A DNA stretch of 64,000 nt, taken from Raillietiella orientalis. Its lineage: Eukaryota. Of the stretch, positions 12,401 to 27,586 are shown piece after piece. Within the stretch, counting starts at the first letter, position 1. Each line of letters begins with the position of its first letter. The translations under genes and the position numbers were made by a program. The stretch covers positions 868,001 to 932,000 of the forward strand of contig JAYWIR010000037.1 in assembly GCA_036172245.1 (NCBI GenBank), in the 5' to 3' direction. Under the pieces are notes generated by a model. It had not been told where the DNA came from, did not search any database, and saw only the letters and a program-made list of their open reading frames with translations.

Positions 12401-15400
12401 AAAAAAAAAAAAAAAAAATGAAAAGTTGCCACTACTTGGAGATGCCACAAAAACTTTCCATAAAACCGAGTAAAGCAAAGAGGAAAACTCAAGTTTTTGC
12501 TTTCGTCTGTATATGAGCTATATACCTTACAGTGTGCAACGTACACTAAGTAAAGCCTCGAAGCAAAGTAGTCTTTCTGAGAGACCTGTTTTTCAAATTC
12601 TTTGCCAAGGTTCTCGCAATATAGCAATTGGATAAGCGTCTCGAAAATAACTTTGTAACGAACAACTTCGCAGTATGAATCACGCTCGTCGTAAAAAAAC
12701 TGCCAGCTTCTAGTGGTTCCGTCACCCCTTTCCCATACTTCAGCGTTCTAGGACCAAAATCATCAGCATTATCTTTCTATGTGCCCGAGCATAGAATTAA
12801 TCTTACACTTGGTCACTAAGAGTTCCTGAACAAATCAAGCAAGTGCATACTACTTGTTTAAAGGAATGTTTCGTTAAACACAAACTGGGTAAGAACGTAC
12901 CAATGCTATATACAAGCACTTCGTTTCAAGATGTCACAACACCACCAGAACAGTAATACAATCCTTCCGCATTCATGCAAAGTGATTTCAAGCAAGGGAG
13001 TACAATGCTTCATAACTTCGAAAGCAAATACTTTTGGAATGCACACATTGAAAGAAAAATGTGGCATACTACGAAAATAGTCATGTGCACTTAATCAAGG
13101 AAACATAGGGAATTGCTATTAATAAGTGGAAAACATAAAACACAAATGAATAATGTGCAATGCCCACGTACCTACAAAAGTAGGTCCAACATAATCAAAA
13201 GAACTATTCAAAAAACATCAAACATCCTTTCCATAAAAAAGGTTTTTTTCTTCATTTCGTGACTGCTCGATTATTGATTTAAGGCACCACATTTGCAGAA
13301 TTTTGTTCAAAGGAAACTCGGTCTTTCAACTTGACAAGAAAATTACTACGACTGGGGGGAGGGAAGGATAAAATTTTCTACGATTCTGACATTTGAGCGG
13401 AAAAGAGTTTCCGAATACAAAATGAAAACTTTGGTCGTTTTCGAATAAACGATATGTACGTATGTATACGCAAATGGAACAGGAAGGACCCATCTTTTCT
13501 GTAGTTAACGGGAATTCTTTGAAGCAAAGCACTCAAAAGACATGTTTTTTGATTTTATTAAAAAAGTAAATAAGAATACATTGTCTACTACACTAAGCAT
13601 ATAAGAGAATCATAGTTGAGAATTTCCAACCAACCTAATACCCAATTACCCCTTGGGATGTTCAAAATTAAATGCAAAGAAAATTGTTAAATTTTGCACT
13701 GACAATTGTGATCAAGAACACTGGGAAGCACTTGTGTTTTCAATACATGAAACTAAAGCATAATATACAAGCAATTGAAGGGCACAAAAAAGTGAACAAA
13801 ATGGCCATGTGAAAAGCAGAATAAAAATTTGAGAAGTGGCTGAATTGATTATAAATTGATTTCAAATGCTGCGTAAAACTTCTAAAGCACCTGTGCATGT
13901 ATATGGGGCATACACATTCACATTGACATTTTGCTAATTTCACATATTATTTATAAAAATGCAAAAATAGAAATAATGAAAGGTAAACAGTAAGAAAAAC
14001 AGAAGCATCCTTTCCATCAAACTTCTACATTTCTTTTGGTCAAAAATACTAACAAATGTAATAATCACTTTACGACATGATCTACAAATCTAGGACCCAT
14101 AATTTAAGGAACATGCAACGCTAATTGCGAGGCATCTCTTTGCTATCTTTGCATTTCTTTTTTCTCATTACATTACATCCCCATGACCTTAATTGCACAG
14201 GATGAAACATAAGTGCCTAGAATTATGTGAAAAATGTATGACTTACCATCCTTCTTCAATAAAATGATACTTCCTAAAAAAAGAAATACATACTTTAATA
14301 TTTTGTATACCACAACAATTTTCATACCAATAATAATATGCTTATGCTTTAAATTCATCAAAATTTTTTCTTCAGTAATGCAAAATTGGATTTTTAATTA
14401 GACTTGTGAAATGTACATTTTAAGTGATAACTCATAAATATCCAAAGCAATATAATGAATGCAATAATACTTAATGAATGCAATAATACTTACTTAAAAA
14501 ATTTCTTTTGCTTGTTCAGTGCCATCAAACTAAAACTTAGCGACATACCTACTTACATTTTTGGCATACTTCTATATTTTCATTTTCTCTTCATTATTCA
14601 CTTGTGGGCACTACCTTTACTGCTCTATTATGTTTGATTTTTGAACACCTCAACCAAAATACTTGCTTCCAAAATGTATTGAAGTGCACAAGCAAATTTA
14701 ACACATGGAAACAAAATGCAACTGCTTTCAAAATTTTGCACTTTATTTTCGCCTCTTCAAATAACACTTTTTGAAACAATCTTAATTTTAATGATCACAC
14801 TTAATTGTGCTTGATACAAATGCAACTCTACACTGAGAAATGCAAGCTTCTTTCTTGATATTGAAAGAGAAAGACGATTTCCGATGGCAGTGTAACTAAT
14901 AATTTGAAAACACTTTCAAAACAACATCAATTATGGAGACCTTCAATGTCCAGGTATGTTAAAAGGATGCTTTCATATTCTCTCACACTTTCAACAATTA
15001 AAACTCCTCAATGTGACAATGTCACTTATTGATTTTTGAAGCCTTCTTTTGTACTTTGTTCATTTTTCATAGATAAAGTCCATTTTCATTTCAAGGCAAA
15101 CAGTGAGTCTCGTGTCTATTAGCATGTCCATTGTTATTTTCATCTTTCCTACAGAGATTTTCAAAAATCCAGAAATTTCTCATATGTACAAACCAAATAC
15201 TGAAGACAATTTTTCCTGCAAACTTCCTCTAGGGTTAAAATCCTCTTTCTTTGCTGATTTTCTTACCAACTTGAGACAATGCTCTACATGCTGTCTTGAA
15301 TATGCTGGGTTTTATACAGGAATTGTCTTCTGCATGGTAACATTTCTAAAGCGATTTTAAACTCCTTCCAATAAGCATGCCATTTCCATATTTCATTGCC

Positions 15401-18400
15401 ATCTATCTCATGGATATCACAAAAAAGGGTGATCATATCACAAGCACTGTTGTAGCAGTAATATTACGGCAAAGATGGCAAACTGTCGCCTCTTTTAAAT
15501 ATTTAGCTCCTCAAAATTCAAAATTCATATAAATTACAAACATTGCTCAAATCACATGTTACTATTACTAATAATCCACATGTTACTATTACTTCTACAT
15601 AAACACTGAAAAATTACTTTTTTCTTATTAAGTTTCTTATTTCTAAGGTTTCATTGGCACAGCTCTACATAATTAAAATCTTTCATGGATATACTCAGGG
15701 ATGATATTACTTAGTGAAGTTCTGCATATGCAGAGGGTACAGTAAAAACCAAAACATGTTTTACTCAAGTCATCTAATCATACATATGAGTACATCTCAT
15801 ATGAATGAAAAAACTGTAATGTTGCAAAATAAATCATCTGATCACCAAAATATGAAAGCAGACAATGCTTCAAGAAAACTGTAATGAGGAACTACTCAGC
15901 ACCCTTGCAGCTTTGCTTAAAAATACTAAATCCAATTTTGAAGTTTCAGGCTATTTGCAAATGTCATGCTGTAAATAAGATGTTAAGAAAACTAACTGTT
16001 TAAAAAATTAAGGCTCCCTACAACGGACACTTGGAGACCGTGATCCTTTTCAAACAAACAACAAAATCGGAAGGGTGAAAATAATCTGTATATGTCCAGT
16101 ATACTAATAATCTTGATTTTAAAATATAAAATTCAGAAAATCAAATGAAATACTTTGTTGAAAGCAAAGCTAAGCATTTGGGAAACGATCAGCAATTATT
16201 TAAAAAAATAATTAATGCAGTCACTTTAAAGTAAGTGTCACCTACTTATGATAAGGATTCAGTACCGTGGATTCCACAAGAAATAAAAAAAGGACGATCT
16301 GAGAACAAAGTACAACATTCAGATATGGAATAATATGGAATAAAGTCAACAAATACGATAAAGACAAATATGGACAGGATAAACTGATTTTATACGAACA
16401 TTTTCAAATCTCTTATTCCACTCAAATTTAGATCTTGAAGCACATCAGACAGCCTGCAGTTTGTGCATTCCCTGTAGGATATTTTCTGTGAAACTACTCT
16501 CAAAAGAAATAAAATGCTATACGAAATCCAGAAACATTAGCAGCAACAGAAAACAACTAATGATCAATACAGGGAAAAGGTAATATTAGGCAACTTCCAT
16601 CTTTTTTTATAAGCTGCCAATCAGAAAAACTTGAGAAACTCCGAAAACTCCCCGTTTTCTTTCTTGATTTTTTTTTGGTTTATTAAGACGTTCTTTGAGT
16701 AAACTCAGTTGAATTCAAAAATATGACAGTAAACCTGAACAGACAAAAGACAGAAAAATAGGACTTTAAAATGGGTCCCCAAAATAAACAATCGTTCAAA
16801 CCTCAAAGCTTTGCAAGAATTACATTCCAAAAGACAACATACATTTCAAAAGGGTATTTCCCTCATCATCATCATAAGTCTGACTCAGTCACCTCCATTG
16901 AAAGATCAAAATTTGTTCAAAAAGTTTTTTTTTTAGTTTTCATGCAATTTACCTTGATATATCAGCATCAAACATCAAATTTATTCAGATAAAGAAAACA
17001 ATGATCATGATAGAATTGAACTAATCCTTCGGTAGATACACCGATGCTATGCAAATAAATCAGGAACAGGTATGTTTTCAAAAGTACTCAACTGAAGCAG
17101 CACACAATTGCCTCTTTTGAATCTTATGCATTCATTTATTTTGTTCTACATCAATTTTGTTATACTTTTTCTTACACTTTCTTTCTGATGTTTGTTATTT
17201 CTGCTGATTCAAGGAAACTATAAATCTCTAAATTTAAAATAATACTGTATTGCATTTAAAGTTAATCCGAAACATGATTTTATTTCGAATTTTGACTTTT
17301 TGGTTCTGTTGATATTTTCCATGTTTTTGATGGCATAAAACTAATGACTAAAGTGATAAAACATTGCATTCTTTAACATGTAACATTTTCTTAAACAGAA
17401 ACGGGTGCAAGGAAAATAAAAAATACGAAAATATGGTTTATAACCAACTAACCAGCATGACAGAAAGAATCACTGACCAGTGGCCTAAAATCTGCATATG
17501 ATGTACAAAATCAGCAACAGCTTTGATAAATTCCCATGAAAAATCTTTCTAATGCTATATCAATTCAGATACACTTTCAGATTACACTTCGAGAGCACTT
17601 TTCGATGGGGAAAAAAACAAGAGGATTAAAATCGTAAATAGCAAATGAAAAACTGAGTTGAAGTTACAAATGAATTAACAAGGGATCTAATACATCCAAC
17701 ACATTCTGAATGTTGAAACAACTGCTATGCTTACAATTTTCCACCACTAATTCTACAAAATCTCTCAAAAATTTGTAAATTAAAACTACTAGAAGTAAAT
17801 GAGATTTTGAAACTGAAATACACATTCACAACTTAATGTGAACTCTTTCAATGTCGAAATTTTCACTTCTAAGGGACTTAATCGTGTGAATTAGGAATCT
17901 TTAGCAAACTGGATTTTACCTTCAGATTTTCAAATCTTTTAAGAGTACACTAAGGATTATAGCTTTCATGCATTGAATTGCAGGTATAGACAATCATTTC
18001 TTATAAAAAAACGAAGACGATGCAAGACTTCCTGGCTCATGTGCAAATCACCTGAATTCATCTTCCTAATCCCCACAATCCTTGATAATTTTCCCTACAG
18101 AACTTCACACAAATTTCTCTACTATTTCAAATGTTTCGGAAAATTTTTTTCAAGACTTTTTGTTTTCATTTTTATTGAATAAAAACAAAAACTGGAAAAC
18201 CCAAATGAATGGTTCCTACCTTTTTTATTATTAAATAATCTGATCATAATCAAATTATTCCGTAAATCATAATTAAGTTAGCATTCCTTAAATCGATCAA
18301 ATTATAATTATTTGATTATGCAGTTCAGAAAGTGGATGATAATTAATCAAGTTTCCAATAAAATCTACAAGCACACAATAAAACAAACTATAAAAATAAA

Positions 18401-20439
18401 TCATAACATAAAATGAATATCAATGTAATATTATTGCGTATTTACAAAGAATTATCATCAGAAATACTTACTGGACTGTGAAGAATACAAATGTTTTTCT
18501 CTCAACATGTCCTACTTCCTTTATGATATCATAAAACAAAATGATATCATGGAATAAATGGAATAATTACTTCACAAATAAATCTCAGTGACTCATGGGA
18601 TCTATAAAGGTCTCTCTCTCTCTCCCTTGATGAGGAAAAACACTTCACACAAATGTTTTACTGAGGGGTATGAACAACATCTGTAATGCACAACTTTCAC
18701 AAAACTTGGATAACAATATTAATGCATCAAGAGGGTATACAGCACATAAATAATGTCAGTCCACAAAGCATTAAATCATGTTGGGCCACCTGACAGCACC
18801 TAAAAAAAATACTTTGCTCAGTACATGAAAATCAATCAATTTTAACATGGCAACATGAAAAGCATTTATAAAAGCATTCTAAACTGGACAGTGCTATCAG
18901 AATTTATTTATTGACCATAACTTTATAATAAGATTTCAGAAAAAAATAAATTTGAATAATAACTGCAATAATTTTATTGCAAATGCCATCCTTGTTTAGA
19001 ATCATAAAGAGAATAATAAAGCACATTGGTTACATAAAAGGAATGTTTGATTTGTGAGGAAACAACTCTTGACTTAATCCTAACACATGCAACTGCATAC
19101 ACTTTACTATATTTCTTACAGTGTGCTTATTTTTGCCTTTTTATTGGTCCTGCAGGCATTACACAACTACATACAAAATGTGCAAAACTGATGGCACAGT
19201 ACAAAGAGATACCAGAACTTTGTAATGACTATAAGGCAAGATTTGTGGCAAGGTGAATACATAAATACCTAAATTAGGCCACTTTCTATTGCTCTATGGA
19301 ACAGGTTTCCCATGAATTATGACTAAAAGCTTTAGAATCTGCTTCAAAATGTGTTCTGCACTTTAGCACCCTATAATTCATGAATCTGTCATTAGCACAT
19401 AAAACACTTCTTAGAAGAAACTAACCTCTACTAAACTACACTACACTGACTCTTTACAGGAAATCACAACAGAATCCACGAAATCAGGATTCTGAAATAA
19501 CCATTTCACAGTGTTTAATAAAATCTGTATGCTTACAGCATCTTTTATGCATATTTCAACATATGACTTTCTATCTGCAAAGAATATTTATTTCGTGAAC
19601 TTCCAAGATGAGGTCAAAAAAAAGCACTCTTTATCTTTACTTTTCTTGTGGTGCCCACCGCCTGCTCAATATTGCGTAGAAAAACAAAACCTGTATCACA
19701 CTGGATCAAAACAAAATGTAAAGCATTACATCCGGAACTTTCGCATGTACTGAACACGCATTAAAAGTGGCAGGTAGGCATGAGAACGTAAACCAGATAT
19801 ATTATAAGCAATTTTCTGTGAATTTTCCATACTGAAATTTCGATTAATTGCATTCCATCCACACGTTTCAAACCTTCGATGAGCCTGAAAAATCCTTTGA
19901 TGCACACACAAACATAAGCCTACAGATTTTAGCCGATTATGATTTACTCCGGATTACGATTCCAAAAATACACATAGAATGGAAGAAAAGTTCAATATAC
20001 AAAGATAAACTTCTTTATGCATGAGCTCCTCCTTATTTTGTTCCTGGAGGAGAGGGCGAACAGATCATTACACATAGACACATCACCATCATGTACAAAG
20101 AAACTACACGTCCTGATGTTGTTCATCGAATGCAATGGACCATTACACAATAAAGTTGTACGTAATCGAAATACTTTGTGAAAAGAGTCACCGTGGATTA
20201 ACCATTCGTCACTCGATTCATTTTGCAATTTACTCGTTCCTAGGAATTTTTGCTCGCGTGTGTGATCACCGTGAATGAAATCCAAACGCATGAACAGGTT
20301 TGATAAAAATCGTAATCAGCAGCACTATTGGAAAAGCCTACCTTGGGAGATTACTTCATTCCTCTTTCACCTTAACACTTCATGTTCCCTTTTCTGGTTT
20401 GCAGCCCCACACGTAAACAACAGAGCTAAAACTGTCGGC

Positions 20440-20980
20440 AGGCGACCACGGCACACGATATTCCTCATATTGCATGTACACATCTCGACGTTTCGACAGT
20501 CTACGTTGTTGACGCGAACTGGCGAGCCGAGTCGGAAGCGAAAGTCCTACCCGCCAGCATGCAAACATTCCTTCCCCCCCCCCCCTGCAAGGGGACGGGC
20601 AAATTTGCCTGGACACCCGCGCGTCGCCTGGGATCCCCACGCTTGTGGGAATTATAAAAGTGTACGTGTAGCAGCAGTAGTAGCAGTAGTAGTAGCAGTA
20701 GCAGTGGTGGTGGTGGTGGTAGCAATTGATTGCGCAAGCAGGCCGGGGAGGCACCGGGGAGTAGCCTGGGCTGAGCACGTCGGTCTGCAGGCAAACAAAG
20801 GGATCGGTACGCGCGCGCACTCGGGGGGCACGTCGATGAGTTCCCCGTTTGCCCGTGGAAAAGCGCTGGAGTTCTCCGGGTGGCATTCGCCTTCGGATGT
20901 GCCTGAGCTCAGTATACTTTGAATAGCGGTTATGACGTTTGGCAGGCCAGCCGTTTAAAGTTCGAACTGTCACGTAGTCA
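20440..20980. promoter_or_regulatory. CpG/GC-rich island immediately 5' of CPSF2; probable promoter, possibly shared with ARID4
   Basis: Dense CpG (gcgcgtcg, acgcgcgc, cacgtcg) in otherwise AT-rich DNA, ending at the CPSF2 ATG (20984). A minus-strand donor-like site (AAG|GTAGGC) lies near 20341. Confidence 0.6.
20668..20724. repeat. Compound trinucleotide microsatellite (GTA/GCA/GTG)19
   Basis: Direct reading; it explains the poly-V/A and poly-H/Y/C runs in the overlapping ORFs. Confidence 0.9.
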
Positions 20981-20983
20981 ACT

Positions 20984-23791
20984 ATGACCTCGATTATTAA
21001 ATTTCAATCACTCTCCGGAGCCTTTGATGAATCGCCGCATTGTTACATTCTCCAAGTGGACGATTTTACATTTTTGTTAGACTGTGGCTGGAACGAATAT
21101 TTCAGCATGGACTTCATCAAGGAAATAAAAAAGTATAAGAACCAGAATGAAATATATCATATTAACGCATACCTTTGAAATAGGTTTATTCAGCAAGTAG
21201 ATGCGGTGTTGTTGTCATATCCAGATTCTCTTCATCTTGGAGCATTGCCATATTTAGTGGGGAAACTGAATTTAAGCTGCCCCATTTATGCTACTATACC
21301 AGTATATAAAATGGGGCAGATGTTCATGTATGACTTATACCAGGTTTTATTTTTGGTTCTTCAATTGTTTCGTAGTTTTAATGAAAAAAAATTTTGTGAT
21401 ATATATAGCAAAGCTGTAACAATTTCCTAATCCGATTTTACAGTCGAGACATAACATTGAAGAATTTGATCTGTTCACGCTTGATGATGTTGACGCTGCA
21501 TTTGACAAAATTGTGCAGTTAAAATACAATCAAAATGTCATGTTAAAAGGTAATTACAACTTTCAAATGTATTATAATGAATGTTTTCAAGGAAAAGGAT
21601 ATGGCCTTAGTATAACACCTTTGCTGGCTGGGCATATGATAGGGGGAACCATCTGGAAAATCATCAAGGATGGGGAGGAAGATATTATCTACGCTGTTGA
21701 CTTTAATCACAAAAAGGAACGACATCTGAATGGTTGCATTTTGGAAGGCTTTGTTCGTCCATCATTGCTTATCACAGACTGTTTAAATGCTACCTATAAT
21801 CAAGCTAGAAGAAGGACACGTGACGAGCAGCTAATGAGTAAGGTGCGGTTCCACCAGTGATCAAATAAATTTTTGAATAGCAAACATTCTTCAAACATTA
21901 AGAAGTGGTGGAAATGTCTTGGTAGCTGTAGATACTGCAGGTCGAGTGCTGGAGTTGGCACATATGGTGGATCAGTTGTGGCGCAATCAAGATTCTGGTT
22001 TAATGGCTTATTCATTGGCTTTACTGAATAATGTCAGCTACAATGTGGTAGAATTTGCCAAGTCACAAGTCAGTTATACTGCAATAGCCTGTCAGACTAT
22101 TTGTTTATTGTTCAGATTGAATGGATGAGTGATAAGTTGATGAGAAGCTTTGAAGGTGCCAGAAATAATCCCTTCCAGTTTCGCCATTTGCAACTGTGTC
22201 ATAGTTTACAAGAATTGTCTAGAGTACCATCACCTAAAGTTGTACTGGCTAGTATGCCTGACATGGAATGTGGTTTTTCTAGAGATTTGTTTCTACAGTG
22301 GTGCCAGAACCGTAAAAATAGTATCATTATTACTTGTAGGTGGGTGCTCTGAATAACATTGCCTTCTTGAAGTCTGTACAGAACATCACCTGGTACTCTG
22401 GCACGAGAACTCTTAGATAACGCTACTAATCGTGTGCTTAATTTGGAAGTCAAACAGCGGGTTCGTCTTGAAGGAACTGAATTGGAAGAATTCATTCACA
22501 AAGAAAGAGAGCTACAGCAACAGCAAAAAGAGAGGTCAGACTTTTTTTTTTTTCAATAGAAAAGTTGTTCATGTCAGAATTCAGAGCAGAATTGGTGTCC
22601 AGTGATGATTCAGCAGATGAATTAGAATTAGGAAGCATGGGTAAAGCCAAACATGATTTGTTACTTCATGTAGAAGGAAAACCTCAAATGACATTCTTCA
22701 AGTGCAGCAAAAGAAACTTCCCAATGTTTCCATTTGTGGAGGAGCGAGTAAAATTTGATGACTATGGAGAGATAATCAGGTAAATTACACAAAGGAAGAT
22801 CCAGAAATGATCTTCAGGAAGGCTTGAGGATTACCTGATGAAAGATGCTGTTGGAGACTCGGAAGACATGAAAGAAGAACTTGTCCTGAAGGAGGAAGAA
22901 GAGGCTCCAGGTAGAGATATCTTTAAAGTACCAGATATATTTGTCTCATAGATATTGAGATCCCTACCAAGTGTATCAGTCATGTGCAAGCTTTCCAATT
23001 AGCTGCCCAAATCCAGTATATTGATTTTGAAGGACGCTCTGATGGAGAATCTATTCGCAAAATTCTTACTCAGATTCGGCCTCGTAGACTTATTCTTGTC
23101 AGAGGCACTCCTGAGAGCACTCAGTTCTTAAGCAATTTTGTGCAACAGCAAGACATCACAGAGAAAGTGTTTGTTCCTCAATTAATGGAAATGATTGATG
23201 CAACTACAGAAAGTCATATTTATCAGGTAAGTATTCACCAAGCAGCAAGTAAGATTTCAGGTGTCTATAGGTCAAATTACGTGATTCTCTAGTTTCATCC
23301 TTGATCTTCTCCCGTGGAAAAGATGCTGATGTAGCATGGGTAGATGGCATCCTGTCAGTAAAGCCCGAAGAAAAGATGGATCGTATGATAGTATCAGAAG
23401 AGAATATGGAAGAAAAGGGTGAATATTTGCATGCTCATCTGATGCTGTGCTATCAATTGCTAGTAGAAAATGAGATTAAGGACTTCATCCCTGTGCTGCA
23501 AGCTTTGCCCCTATGTCAGGTTCCTGGTCATCAAATTGCATTTATAAATGATCTCAAACTTAGTGATTTTAAGCAGGTGCTCTCTAAATCAGGAATACCT
23601 TCTGAGTTTTCAGCAGGGATTTTATGGTGTTGTAATGGAACTGTGGCTCTTCGACGGGTAAGTTCTCTCATTTTGGCACAATCACTAATCTGATTTAGCA
23701 TGATGCTGGCAGGATTACTATGGAAGGTTGCTTATCAGAAGAATATTACAGGGTTCGTGACTTGCTTTATGAACAATATGCCATTGTGTAA
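20984..23791 (+). CDS. CPSF2: Cleavage and polyadenylation specificity factor subunit 2 (CPSF100), 739 aa, 13 exons
   Basis: Exons 20984-21132, 21184-21343, 21444-21549, 21592-21837, 21881-22068, 22116-22339, 22382-22534, 22585-22779, 22822-22910, 22952-23226, 23271-23418, 23464-23657, 23699-23791 (2220 nt, in frame). Runs from MTSIIKF...LLDCGW through [22 protein letters not shown] and [11 protein letters not shown] to [11 protein letters not shown]. Confidence 0.98.
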
Positions 23792-23960
23792 AGATAATTA
23801 AAAGCAGCAGTGGGATCAAGCTGTGGCTATGTTGAATGGAAAGTTAGCATGTATCATATTATCTTGTTACTGTTTGATATACATGGTTGAAAAGTGGTTT
23901 TATGAAGCTATTCAGCATTTTATTTTTTCTATAAAAAATCCCGAAGGTTATTTTTCAGCA

Positions 23961-23966
23961 AATAAA
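23961..23966 (+). promoter_or_regulatory. Likely CPSF2 polyadenylation signal
   Basis: AATAAA ~170 nt after the stop, followed by a U/GU-rich tract (ttttgtttcattgtagtctgtg). Confidence 0.55.
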
Positions 23967-26680
23967 TTTTAAAAACAATTTTGTTTCATTGTAGTCTGTG
24001 AGTTTCAAAGAAAGTCAAACTAATATTTTAGAAGACAAGAATAAAGAAGTTTTACTTTATGAATTGGGAAAAGCAGTGGTATCTGAAAAAATCGGTATCC
24101 AGTTATTTTACATTAGATTATATATGTAATGAGTAAAGGCATTTTAATGTACAAGTTTCTGTCCTAGAACACTAAACAGTACCACTACTGAATTGAAACT
24201 TTTAATTCATTCCTATTTACATTGGACAGCAGGGTTATTGATAACAAAATGCATGTGGATTGTTGGGTTTTAAACACGATGATACACTCCTTTTATTTCT
24301 GAAACTGTTTGAAGTTTGTGAGAGATGAAGTAGGCCTTAGAAATTATCATGCCATCTTTAAAAATTACGATAGACGGGTCTGTTCACAACTTTGTGCTGA
24401 TCAGAAACAGGAAATTAGGAAATCAAAATAGGTTAAAGAATATTCAGCAGTTTTGATGTTTTACATTCAAGCAGCTGGGAGGATTGGTGACCACACTCAA
24501 ACAAATATTGGTATTAATTTTAATCTGGTTTAAGCATGGAACATAATGCATTTGCTGCAGTGGACTCTTGTGTTCGATGTGTTCCATTTTACTTTGTCCA
24601 CACAATAGATGAATCATTGCAGTAACGCCGAATTCATTCGATAATTGGGCCAGTACTTTTGGCTCGTTTGCAGTGATTGACAAACGTGTGCTGTTACACA
24701 AAGGCAAAGCACAACACTAATTGTGTGAAATATAATAAAGTGAAATTTCACTACAGAACCGTAATTTTCAAATTCCCGAATTCCACCGTTCTCAAGATGG
24801 ACTTCCCATTATTCAATCCAAAGCTATCGGAAGCCATCTCTGTTTGGAAGTATATTTCAACGTAGTCACTTCCACAAAAAGTGGGTTACGCCAAGTTCGA
24901 AAAACTGTTTTTAAGTGGCTATTACAATGATCAATGAATACTGCTGCTTCGTGAAGAAGAAAAAGAAGTGCTTTCCGGCGTAGAGAAATCAATGATCCCA
25001 AATAGAGAGAATGCATAATATTCTCTCCGTTTGGTTCGTGCGTTCTGAATGGAAAGCGTGTCTGCTACTCCAAAACCATTTTCAAGCTTTGTCAATAGAG
25101 TGGGGCCGCGCACCCAAGCCAGCAGGAGCTTGGGGTACGCATGGGGCGCGCTTGATCTTGAAAAGCCCCAGCGCGAAGCAGCGCAAGGTCACACAAGATT
25201 TGTATCTCGAGAAAAATCAGACCGCTAAAGCACGGCCAAGAACTATTCGAAGCCCCACGTCGGGAAAGTTACTTTCGAAAATGGTAAGGCTCGTTGTATT
25301 CACAAACAGATCCATGGGATCGCGCAACTGCCATTAAGTAGCAACGTCTTGCATGGAATCACATTTCGACACCGCAATGCCCTTGCATTTGCACATTCAG
25401 TTGGCATCTCGCGACGGGCAAAGCAGATGAGACGGGGGCTAAATAGTAGCTAAGCCCACAGTTAAATATGAAACCAAGTCCCGCGTCTCAATGGAGTTAC
25501 ATATGCAAATACAAAAAATCATCTCAACAAAGCACTCCTTAGCATGTGTGTCGGGACCCATAAACGAGCGATTCAAAAAATGAGCGCGTCCACACACAAA
25601 ATGAAATAATACTAAACAGACAAAATGAAGTATCCCAACTTAAGCAGCTCCAAATATCAAAGAAATGCAACTCGAACCAGCTAGAAAGTTCAAAATCCAT
25701 TTGGTTTTCATGTTTAAACACGATCGCATTCAGTACTGAACTGACTAAAAAGTTAAACCAAAATAAGTTAAATAAAAAATACGTTTCTCTGCAATATCTG
25801 CTACTCTGAAGATTCTAAAGAAAATATAAATACCTATTTAATGCGTGAACTCGTTAATGGCCAACACGTCTTAGGGAAGTGACGAAGAAATTAAACGAAT
25901 TACGAGAAAATCGAGATTTCTGTAGATGCTGTTTGTCTCTACTTGTCTATGCTGAGTGCGTAGTGACGGAATTCTAGCACTGACGATCTTTTTCTTTGTG
26001 TACAATTGTATTTTCATTATAAAACGGATTCTCTGACAATAGTAAAAATGAGAAATGGGCTTTATTTCGCAATAAATTACAACTGAATATAATGTATTCA
26101 GTCCACAACACTCCGCATGTCATGGACATAATTATTTGGAAACAATAAAGTGTCCCTGTTTATTAAGGAGTTATGGCACTCATTATTCATTACTTTGTGG
26201 TGCCACTCACATAAGCTGGGATACTCAATGCACTCTCCTCATAAGACTGGATGTAACAACTGTTTAATTTGAATACCAAAATAACAAGAACGTGTGTAAT
26301 ACCACTGTCATGTGATATTTAGCACTGCAGTGATATTCATTGCCCCTTTTTGGATGATTTTTTATCCCTGAGAGATAGCAAATTATTTTCTTGAGTTGCT
26401 TCATATCACAAGGAATACAACTAAACATGTTAACTCCAACATTTTATCTTCAAATTTAAAGAATGAATTACTTGAAAATTTGTATAATACCAACTAGAAT
26501 GGAACAAAATGCACATCATTACCTTTAGAGCACACAACTAAGGGAACAGAAAACATTACTGAGGAATTACATACTACAGCCTCTTTTAGCTAAAGAATAC
26601 ATAGGCATTAAAAAAAAAATATACGTGTGGAAAAGTGGAAGCTACACTTATGCTTACTAACAGGTTAAATTTTAACTCTG

Positions 26681-26733
<53 letters not shown>
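26681..26733 (+). repeat. Poly(A) tract (A53)
   Basis: Direct reading; no target-site duplication or upstream AATAAA found. Confidence 0.9.
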
Positions 26734-26734
<1 letters not shown>

Positions 26735-27586
26735 ATTGGATAAATGTCAAAAAAGATCTTCAATTTATTGAACTTGGATTTCTCTGTACAAGGTAGAAGA
26801 ATTTCAAAATTCAGATATACCAATGAAAATAAAAACCATCAAGGCAGCACTTGCTTGCAAACTTAGGTCCCATCATCATACAAGCTAATAATCTGGTACA
26901 TAACAAAAATGGAAAAATTCTGTAAGCAAAAAAGAGGAATTAATTCACACACACACACTTAAAGCTAATTGAATGATTGCAATTATTCAATATTGACAAG
27001 GCAGGAATATCTGATCATTAAATACACCACCAGTTGTGTACCAAGATTTAGTTATTCCAAGTATGAAAAGATTGGATTTTTCATGTTTTTAATGTAACAA
27101 TCAATAACAATAGAATAAGTATCAACATTATATTACAACTGGTTGAAACAGTACTAGAAACATGGATCAAAAATTGCAAATCAGTTTTATCCTGATCAAT
27201 ATTATCTTTCACTTCGCTATTTTCCGTAAATTTACAATGCTACTTTAGACACTTGCCAAAACCCCTAATTTCTCAGCAATTCCAGCTACTTTATTTGCTG
27301 GAATTTCATTATATTTAGAAATGTTCATTTAGAAACTGTAGAAAGATTCTTTTGAAATGAAAACCTAATTGTCAACATCACAGACAAATGTTTTTTGATC
27401 AGGATAAAATACTTTTACAAAATGATGTCCACCACCAACTCCTTCATTAAAAACCTACATGCTTCCTTCAGTTTGAGTAACTTTTAATTGCAGCAGTTTC
27501 AAGCTCTTTCAGATAAAGTTAATTAGCTACTTGAAATTATCAGAAACTCTCACCTTCCACAACAAAAAGTTATTTTTGATAAATAA

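Noticed and set aside
20275..20973. Overlapping 215-aa (+) and 197-aa (-) ORFs with poly-V/A and poly-H/Y/C runs
   Set aside because: Explained by high GC and a trinucleotide microsatellite in a promoter island; no recognisable domain.
25100..25510. ncRNA gene (cccaagc/gcttggg hairpin, tgagacg/cgtctca pair, octamer ATGCAAAT)
   Set aside because: No match to any snRNA or snoRNA I recognise; short stems can arise by chance.
26660..26733. Retrocopy tail at A53
   Set aside because: No upstream AATAAA, no TSD and no identifiable body.
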